A stretch of DNA of 64,000 nucleotides from a virus. The position numbers and the translations under genes were made by a program. This document shows positions 57,290 to 64,000 of the stretch, piece by piece (positions within the stretch are counted from its first letter, which is position 1; each line of letters begins with the position of its first letter). Below the pieces are notes generated by a model that had not been told where the DNA came from, did not search any database, and saw only the letters and a program-made list of their open reading frames with translations. The stretch is taken from the IMG/VR virus record IMGVR_UViG_3300030098_003955. One strand, given 5' to 3'.

Positions 57290-58269
57290 TATCTCTCCCT
57301 CGTTAGTGTTTTTTCTATTTGTTTGTCTATATATGAATCAACACCGGATTGCTTGTCTATGTAACTACTAATAGCCAATGATTTGTCGATAAACCCATCC
57401 ATGCTCTTAGTCTTTGAAATGTAACTTGTAAAAGACTCTTCCTTGTTTAAAAATAGTGTGAAACTAACAATGTCTGGATTGTCCAGAGGATTCGTTAGTC
57501 TGGGTTGTAGGTAAATGTTTCCTACTATTGATGAAAAGCCTCCATTATATAATACACCGATAGATGATATATTTGCCGAAGTTGTAGGATTTGAAGACCC
57601 ACTAACCAGAGGCGTTCCAGTTCCAGAGGTGCTGGCCGAAGAAGAAAACGAACCTAATCCAGATATGTTTAGTTTCGGGATTGGTGACAAAGAGGCAGAT
57701 GAAGAGTTACTAGCCTTCGCACCCAATATCAAGAAAGGGGTTGAGGTCATAGAGGCGCTGGACGAACTTGAAGAGCTAGCCGATAAGTTCAAAAAACCAG
57801 TAATTGAAGTGCTTGCAGAAGCAGAAAAAGAACTGGAAGAAACAATGTTCAAAAATGGACTTGCGGCTACTGACCCAGAAGCAGACTTGGAAGCTAGTCC
57901 AAACAATACCCTAGTGCCAATCGCAGCTACAGAGCCTGAAGAACTACTAGAAGACTTTCCAGATATGTCTAAACTTGGTGTTGGGGAAACAGATCCAGAA
58001 GATGAAGCAGAAATAAATCCTGCTAGTTTCATCTCAGCTACAGACTGAACTGTAGCGTTTGAAGAAGCCTCAAACGTAGCAAAGAAATTCAACACAGCAG
58101 ATGCAGAAGTGCTAGAAGAACAAGACTGCGAATGTTCTACGTTGAATATTAAAAATGGACTAGATGCAATAGATCCAGACGAAGAAACAGAAGACGATCC
58201 TTCTATCGTAACGCCAACTCTTGGTATTGAGGAGATAGGATTTTCACTAATTGCATTAAAACCAAGCAT
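57289..58269 (-). CDS. Serine-rich repeat virion protein (20-aa and 10-aa periodic)
   Basis: About 28% Ser by hand count; MLGFNAISENPIS N-terminus; AGGAG RBS; promoter motif upstream. Confidence 0.8.
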   Translation of the reverse strand: MLGFNAISENPISSIPRVGVTIEGSSSVSSSGSIASSPFLIFNVEHSQSCSSSTSASAVLNFFATFEASSNATVQSVAEMKLAGFISASSSGSVSPTPSLDISGKSSSSSSGSVAAIGTRVLFGLASKSASGSVAASPFLNIVSSSSFSASASTSITGFLNLSASSSSSSSASMTSTPFLILGAKASNSSSASLSPIPKLNISGLGSFSSSASTSGTGTPLVSGSSNPTTSANISSIGVLYNGGFSSIVGNIYLQPRLTNPLDNPDIVSFTLFLNKEESFTSYISKTKSMDGFIDKSLAISSYIDKQSGVDSYIDKQIEKTLTRER

Positions 58270-58318
58270 AATTAGCTCCTATCTGCTAAAACTCTAAAAA
58301 AAACAACCCTCACATAAG

Positions 58319-58327
58319 AATATACAC
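58319..58327 (-). promoter_or_regulatory. Putative late promoter motif GTGTATATT
   Basis: Intergenic, about 50-58 nt upstream of the ATG at 58269; third copy of the motif. Confidence 0.55.
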
Positions 58328-58351
58328 TTTTTTTTATACAATATAAAAAGA

Positions 58352-58882
58352 TTAAGCTGTGTTTAGATGGGGTAGCTCACATCTTGGTATGCTGCATTTG
58401 TCACATATCTCATCCCATCTTTGAGGCAGGTCCTCAAAGTTATAGACTTCAACACCAAGATCTTCTCCATAGACGCCCTCAGTGAAAAACTGCGTAGTGT
58501 GACTTTTCCAGTTTTCCGTTATCCATTCTTTGTAATCATCTCTACCTACAAATTCTTTTATTTCATCGGAAACATATTCTTGCTCGTGAAATCCTTCTTT
58601 TTTCAAATGCTCTACCCATTTGAATATACTTTGCATTCTCTCTTGCATTGGTCTATGAACCGCAAACCTATATATATCATTCCATTCGCGTATGTAACCT
58701 CTTAGAGTAGAGGCAGTTTGATGTATCTGCACACGCTCAAATTGCTTTATGAAAGTTGGGATTGTACTCACAACTATTGGTATGTTCTGCCCAATGCAAG
58801 ACTTCGCTATGGCATTTTTTATAGAGTGCCCACCGGTTCTTGGTATATGTATGAACACTGCTCTTCTAGGTAAGTAAATCAT
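58352..58882 (-). CDS. Sulfotransferase family protein (Sulfotransfer_2-like)
   Basis: FIHIPRTGGHSI (5'-PSB loop), FAVHRPMQERMQS (3'-PB-like), FEDL, LPHLN. Confidence 0.8.
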   Translation of the reverse strand: MIYLPRRAVFIHIPRTGGHSIKNAIAKSCIGQNIPIVVSTIPTFIKQFERVQIHQTASTLRGYIREWNDIYRFAVHRPMQERMQSIFKWVEHLKKEGFHEQEYVSDEIKEFVGRDDYKEWITENWKSHTTQFFTEGVYGEDLGVEVYNFEDLPQRWDEICDKCSIPRCELPHLNTA

Positions 58883-59436
58883 AATACCTCACACATAAAA
58901 CTAGGCCACCGTTCTATGGTAATACCTATCATCCTAATCTTTCCTTCTTGTATCTTCTCATTTACCGCCCTGACAACTCCGGCCTTCCAGACCTGCGCAT
59001 TTGGTGCATAATCATGACCCATAATCAATCCACCGGGCTTTACCTTAAGCAAAGAAGCCTCTAACTCTATACTGACCGGCTTGTAATCGTGACACGCATC
59101 TATATAAACCCAGTCTAGATCGTTATCCTGTAGAGTGTGTAGAAAGTTTCCTCCCCACTCTCTATGTGTTTCCACCGTGCCTCTTTGTACCTCTTGCGGA
59201 AAAAACTTTTTCACTAGATCTTCATGATCGTCTTCCCATAAGCTCGTATCTTCTATTAAACACATATTTGGATGTCTCTCTTTCCAAATATCACATAAAT
59301 ACATTTTGGAAGGTCTGGTTATATGCCAAAGATTTATTGCATTCATGCCTTTGCATACACCTATCTCCACACCCACTCCTCCTTTTGGCACATCAAGATA
59401 CATCTCTTGAGTTGTTTCGTATTCTTTAATTTTCAT
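58879..59436 (-). CDS. Class I SAM-dependent methyltransferase (Methyltransf_24-like)
   Basis: GVEIGVCKG, LCDIW, LDWVYIDACHDY, KPGGLIMGHDY. The RBS supports ATG 59436. Confidence 0.88.
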   Translation of the reverse strand: MKIKEYETTQEMYLDVPKGGVGVEIGVCKGMNAINLWHITRPSKMYLCDIWKERHPNMCLIEDTSLWEDDHEDLVKKFFPQEVQRGTVETHREWGGNFLHTLQDNDLDWVYIDACHDYKPVSIELEASLLKVKPGGLIMGHDYAPNAQVWKAGVVRAVNEKIQEGKIRMIGITIERWPSFMCEVL

Positions 59437-59489
59437 GATTTTCCTTTTCAAGAACATGCAGCATATGGAATGGATAATTGCAAAACATA

Positions 59490-60506
59490 TCAGCTTGGAC
59501 ACACCACAAACTTTCCACTTTTTTCTTTTATTCTAGTGGCTTCTGCGATCTCGCTTTCTATAAAAAACTTGGCATGTGACCGTTTGAATATTTTAGCTTT
59601 GAACGTAGAAGATTCTTCGATGTGATTTTTGTCTCTTATGTCTTTCTTTTCTGTAGGATACATTTCCAGAAAACCATAATTAATTCCATACCTCTTCAGC
59701 CACGCTTCTGTTATAGCTCTGTACTTTTCTAAACGAGCCGTAACTATCCCTACACATTTAGTCTTGGGAATTCTGTGATAAAAAGGCTCTACAGTAGAAA
59801 TATAGTCTATATATTTATCTTCATCTTTGCAGGCCTCTTGTGGAACATTAGGGCAAAGTATTCCATCAAAGTCTAGTAGTGCATACTCTATGTAAGTACA
59901 GTTAAAAAGATTCCATTCTAATAAATGAGGTGCCTTTAGCTCTCTGGCATAAAAATCTGGTTTGAATTCAGATTCTGGCCTGACGTAGACGGAACAAGTA
60001 TATATATCCTCTAATATGCGGGGCATGAAATTTTTCATTGCTTTGCCGTTGTAAATGGTGTCATCTACGACTAAAAAACTTCCATTGCTACCTTTATATT
60101 TTAACATTCTTATTCCGCCAAAACGACTAGCTGCGGAAAGAGGTTGAGGAGACTCAAGAGCATCTAGATAATACATTGGCAGATTGAGCCACATCGCAAT
60201 CATGCTTGCTGGAAACATCCCAGATCTTGGAATGCCGATAACTCCCTTCAAGTTAAGGTTAGCAATCTTAGGGAGTAAAAGATCTTTGCAATCTTTTATG
60301 AGTTGTGAGTTTGTTATATAATCCGCTTCTAAGAAAGAGCGTTTCTCTCTTGCTTCCCTTGCTTGTTTCTTTTCACATGAAATTTTGTATTTGGCCCTAT
60401 CTTCTGGAGAGGCGTCCCTACACCACTGCCAGTTTGGTGGGTCATAAGTCATTTCTTGTTTATAAAAATTGCAGAAACCAGCAGACGCGCATTCGCATCT
60501 TTCCAT
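59490..60506 (-). CDS. Type I phosphoribosyltransferase - HAD phosphatase fusion with an N-terminal Cys module
   Basis: IGIPRSGMFPA, LVVDDTIYNGKAM (PRPP loop), then LDFDGILC (HAD DxD), IVTARLE, FK, FIES. Confidence 0.82.
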   Translation of the reverse strand: MERCECASAGFCNFYKQEMTYDPPNWQWCRDASPEDRAKYKISCEKKQAREAREKRSFLEADYITNSQLIKDCKDLLLPKIANLNLKGVIGIPRSGMFPASMIAMWLNLPMYYLDALESPQPLSAASRFGGIRMLKYKGSNGSFLVVDDTIYNGKAMKNFMPRILEDIYTCSVYVRPESEFKPDFYARELKAPHLLEWNLFNCTYIEYALLDFDGILCPNVPQEACKDEDKYIDYISTVEPFYHRIPKTKCVGIVTARLEKYRAITEAWLKRYGINYGFLEMYPTEKKDIRDKNHIEESSTFKAKIFKRSHAKFFIESEIAEATRIKEKSGKFVVCPS

Positions 60507-61328
60507 CTATATAACTCCTGCGGCGATCTTATCATAAGTTAAGATGTCAATGTGTTCTCTTTCGTCCATTGGCTTTCTGCAATCGCACACATGGTCCACA
60601 TTTCTAAGGTCGTCTACAGAACTGCCAAGCTCAGTTGTAAGATCCCAATAAGGAACAAACCATTTTCTTTTCGCTAGCAAGATAGGCTCGTAATCTTCTG
60701 GTGGGCTTTCGGGAATTTCTTCGATGGCAACTTCTTGCCGGGTGTGAACAGTATCTCCAGACAGCTCGACTCTCGTAAATGAATCGCCGACATAGCTTCG
60801 TCCCGAAGTATTTATGGCAATGAAATGCCTTTTTTCAACGTCTGAAAAAGGAAAGTTTGCATGATCTGATTGCAAAAAATTTGTGTGAGTTTCTATGTCA
60901 TTCCAAACAGCATTAATGTCTATGTCGTTCCTTTCTTTTGTGTACCAGTACTCCAATCCGTTAGTTTTAAAAATTGCATGATTTTTACTTTTCAACCTGC
61001 GGCTGATGTATTTATAGGCGTTGATCCTTTCGCCATCTTGATTTGGTGTTTTGCTTAGTATATCCTGCTGGTTAGTTATTAGATTTGTCCTTCTGACATC
61101 ATTTGAATTAAGCCTTTCAAACTTATATGTCTTAGTTCTTTCCAAGAACTTTATTAGCAATGGGTCTGCCGTCCTCGCCCCATCAGTAGTAAAGGAAAAA
61201 TTTTTAACATTACACTTGTTTTGTGCGTGATGATAATAGATCTCATCCAACGTAAATGCCTGAACTATGTCACCATCTTTATATGAAGTTGGAGAAGGTC
61301 CATTATTTGCTTTTACAATGATTTCCAT
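60507..61328 (-). CDS. Hypothetical protein
   Basis: 273-aa ORF abutting both neighbours. Confidence 0.7.
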   Translation of the reverse strand: MEIIVKANNGPSPTSYKDGDIVQAFTLDEIYYHHAQNKCNVKNFSFTTDGARTADPLLIKFLERTKTYKFERLNSNDVRRTNLITNQQDILSKTPNQDGERINAYKYISRRLKSKNHAIFKTNGLEYWYTKERNDIDINAVWNDIETHTNFLQSDHANFPFSDVEKRHFIAINTSGRSYVGDSFTRVELSGDTVHTRQEVAIEEIPESPPEDYEPILLAKRKWFVPYWDLTTELGSSVDDLRNVDHVCDCRKPMDEREHIDILTYDKIAAGVI

Positions 61329-61336
61329 TATTTTGC

Positions 61337-62719
61337 CTAATCAACAAAAATTAAAAATGACTCTGATCCTCCGGCGCTTACCCAGTCAGCACCTATACTC
61401 CAGTTACCAGACATCGTTTCGCCATCTATATCTATGTTAACTCCATTTGTTGTTCCAAGATCAACTCCGGCGCCAATACAAATAGAGTCAACGTCAAGAT
61501 GTAAATCTTCCGAACCAGCACCTGTAGAGACAAAGTCTATTTCAGCTAAAGTTTTTCCAGTCAAGGCAGTAGAGTCATTTAGGCTCTGATTCATGTCTTC
61601 AGCGTCGTAGGCAGCGTCAGCAGTATCATCGGAAAGGTTGTTGGCCGAATTTACCGTAGAACTGGCATTATTTTTGTAATAAGCTCTTTCTTGAGATCCA
61701 CTAAGCTGTGCGACTATATTGTTTTTTATATTAGTTGTATTGTTTGAGTTATTTGCAAACAGGATGCCATAAGCGTATTTGCTGCCCCCATTTGACTGTA
61801 AGTTATAAAGAGTATTACCGTAGATGTTAACGGTTCCTTGCCACTGATTGAAGTTAATTCCAACAGTGTGGTCATTAGACGTTTCTACCCAATTGTATAT
61901 GATGTTATTGATTACACTTATAGTGTCAGAGGTGCCACCAGCTGCAAGTGCTTGCATTGCGGTAGGGCCAGTGCTTCCGGGGTTTCCTCCTTTATCATGT
62001 AAGAGATTGTTTCTTATGATATTGTCATCATTAGTTCCAACAAAAGTTATTGCCCTGTTAGTATTTCTAGAGTCCAGACTATCTAAACTTATGTCCAGCC
62101 ACTCAGCAGTCATGTTATCTATATTAATTCTAAGAATACCTACGTTATGACCAGAATTAGCTGTTGGTTTCCATAAAGCTCCACTTTCTGCCGTACCATC
62201 ATGCCTGTCGTCTTCATAGACAGAAAGAGTTACGGAAGACAAACTTTGCTTGTTGTCAAAGTTAACAGTCGCATCCGTAAAATTAGAATCTGCATGTAGC
62301 TCACCGACAACATCGTCGCTACTTCCCCAATAGTCTGGGCTAGCATCATCTACCATAGCTTCAAACAGAGTGATTGTCGAAAAGGCTCTTTTGAAGACCA
62401 TCTCTGCTTGATTTGGGGCGCCACTAGTGCCAGTTCCGTCGTATAGTCCTACTGGAGAAGCGTCACCTTTTGAACCAGTGTCTGTCAAATATTTTAAAGT
62501 TATATCATCTCCGCTGATGGCAGTGACCAAGAACGTATAGTCAGATGCATTTCCACCACCAGCGTCTTCAGTATCCATAAAACCAATATCGCCAACATGG
62601 ATACCTGTTGGAGTTGTTTCAAAGGTGACAGTATAAGAAGGCCCACTGCCTGAAGTAGTGGCGGGAGTTTCTGTATCTATACTTTGGTTTGATCCTATGC
62701 TGACTGTTGTAGTAGCCAT
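61337..62719 (-). CDS. Right-handed beta-helix (pectin-lyase-like) virion protein
   Basis: IIRNNLLH, VINNIIYN, IYGNTLYN, IKNNIVA Asn ladders; DLHLDVDS.CIGAG...DIDG...WSIGAD. Confidence 0.8.
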   Translation of the reverse strand: MATTTVSIGSNQSIDTETPATTSGSGPSYTVTFETTPTGIHVGDIGFMDTEDAGGGNASDYTFLVTAISGDDITLKYLTDTGSKGDASPVGLYDGTGTSGAPNQAEMVFKRAFSTITLFEAMVDDASPDYWGSSDDVVGELHADSNFTDATVNFDNKQSLSSVTLSVYEDDRHDGTAESGALWKPTANSGHNVGILRINIDNMTAEWLDISLDSLDSRNTNRAITFVGTNDDNIIRNNLLHDKGGNPGSTGPTAMQALAAGGTSDTISVINNIIYNWVETSNDHTVGINFNQWQGTVNIYGNTLYNLQSNGGSKYAYGILFANNSNNTTNIKNNIVAQLSGSQERAYYKNNASSTVNSANNLSDDTADAAYDAEDMNQSLNDSTALTGKTLAEIDFVSTGAGSEDLHLDVDSICIGAGVDLGTTNGVNIDIDGETMSGNWSIGADWVSAGGSESFLIFVD

Positions 62720-63999
62720 TATCTTATATCTTGCCCCACAATGAATCCATCAAATGCCATCGTACTACCAGCTGGATTTGAGACGCATACAAAACCAATA
62801 AGATCAGCACTTGAATTGGTTTCTGTTAAGGTTGGAGCAGTTCCTCCGGGCCAATACAAAAGAGTGTTTGTTCCGTCTGGAGCATCCAAGTCAGTCCAGA
62901 CAACCGTGGCTTTTGTGCCAGAACTAGGCTGTTCAAATCTAATCAAAAATCTTTGGCCTACTGTAGGGTTGGTAAAGTTCACAGCAGTGATGTCTTCACC
63001 AGATCCTAGCTGAACTCTGAAATAGTTACTAGTAGCCAAGTCAAGGGTAAGAACCATGTTTGGATCGCTACCAGTGGCCGTATGACCTGTAGTAAGCTTT
63101 GTAACAAGACCCTGACTGAGTGAAACAGTTCCTCCAGACGATATTGAAATTGAATCTGCATCACTAGCAGAACCAATATTTCCACCATCTCCAACTAGAA
63201 GATTGGTGGTTTTTACTGTGCCCGTGCTAGGGTTGTAGGTTAGGTCTCCGTCAGACTCCAAGCCAATATTTCCGCCATCTACATCTCCACCAGCAGTAAA
63301 GATAATAGCGTTGTTTTCATTTTCATTTTCGTTATCTGTGATAGTTACGGTAGTAGCCACTGTTGCAGTATCAGCGTTACCTGTAACGTCGCCAGTTAGA
63401 TTACCAGTAACATTAGCCGTAATGCTACTAGGCAATCCAATAGTAATCGTTCCCGAAGATTCGCCTACTTCTACTTCATTAGCCGTTCCCGAGAATGTTA
63501 TTGTGCCGCCAAGAGACACGGCGGTAGTGCTACTTCCATCACTGACTGTTATAGAAGAGTTTGATAATTTTGCGTTGGCTATACTTCCTGCAAGCTGCGC
63601 GTTTGTAATTGTTCCACTAAGGCTTGAGGTTGGATAGTTCGTAGCGTCAGCAAGGTCAAAAGCTGGAGTATCATCAGATGCGCCTAAAGCGACACTAACA
63701 CCGCCAAAACTGACCGAGCTATTTGCAAGTTTATCATTAGCTATGCCCGATAAGCCTAAAGTTATAGTCCCCGAACTAGTAACAGGAGAGCCGCTGTCTA
63801 CCTGAATGCCATCAGTTCCAGTGATAGCTACGCTAGTAACAGTACCCGTCGTATCGCTATAACTATAAGATAAGATTTTATCTTCAATCGCGGCGGAGGT
63901 CATTATACTAGTATCGTTGTTAGCAAATGACTCAGCGCTAGTCTGTACAGCCGTGATGCCAACACTATCTACAGTAAGAGTTCCAGCAATAGTCACGTT
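62719..63999 (-). CDS. Tail fibre-like protein (5'-truncated)
   Basis: Frame open to the window edge; IANDKLANSS / IANAKLSNSS repeats, VTGNLTGDVTGNADTA, C-terminal LDL...NYF...WPGGTAPTLT...DLIGF domain. Confidence 0.8.
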   Translation of the reverse strand, partial: NVTIAGTLTVDSVGITAVQTSAESFANNDTSIMTSAAIEDKILSYSYSDTTGTVTSVAITGTDGIQVDSGSPVTSSGTITLGLSGIANDKLANSSVSFGGVSVALGASDDTPAFDLADATNYPTSSLSGTITNAQLAGSIANAKLSNSSITVSDGSSTTAVSLGGTITFSGTANEVEVGESSGTITIGLPSSITANVTGNLTGDVTGNADTATVATTVTITDNENENENNAIIFTAGGDVDGGNIGLESDGDLTYNPSTGTVKTTNLLVGDGGNIGSASDADSISISSGGTVSLSQGLVTKLTTGHTATGSDPNMVLTLDLATSNYFRVQLGSGEDITAVNFTNPTVGQRFLIRFEQPSSGTKATVVWTDLDAPDGTNTLLYWPGGTAPTLTETNSSADLIGFVCVSNPAGSTMAFDGFIVGQDIR

Positions 64000-64000
64000 A

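Noticed and set aside
57515-58048. 177-aa acidic ORF on the + strand that looks protein-like
   Set aside because: It is the antisense shadow of the Ser-repeat gene (runs of TCT/TCA codons read as GAA/GAG on the other strand), with no RBS and against the operon direction.
1-64000. CRISPR array, tRNA/rRNA genes, stop-codon reassignment, contractile sheath
   Set aside because: No spaced repeat array or cloverleaf was seen in the few short intergenic gaps; all three stops end genes at coupled junctions; no sheath-like ORF lies next to the tube gene.

Overview
This 64 kb window is almost fully coding, uses the standard code (TAA, TAG and TGA all act as stops) and reads as a segment of a large tailed dsDNA phage. 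No sheath gene is present, so a long non-contractile tail is inferred. Two convergent transcription blocks meet at back-to-back terminators near 13.4 kb. The left block (+ strand, 1-13350) is a translationally coupled operon of about 19 genes: soluble glycosyltransferases, nucleotide-sugar epimerases/reductases, a nucleotidyltransferase and O-methyltransferases, ending in a Vsr/EDxHD-type endonuclease, a Rad52/Sak-like annealing protein and a Zn-ribbon protein. The right block (- strand, 64000-13474) is the virion module: fibres and a beta-helix protein, an embedded PRTase-HAD / methyltransferase / sulfotransferase cassette, a Ser-rich repeat protein, head-tail joining genes with a small anchor-plus-cargo paralogue family, tail tube, chaperones, a 2154-aa tape measure protein and very large tail-tip proteins ending in a 4098-aa Cys-rich protein. 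The best candidates for a new system, all inferred, are: (1) a phage-encoded cytoplasmic glycan synthesis and decoration pathway that may act on Ser-Gly/Ser-rich virion proteins; (2) a giant Cys-module-decorated tail tip; (3) a nuclease-like cargo bracketed by repeats inside the tape measure protein. All calls come from motif recognition by eye; no database searches were run and all counts are by hand.
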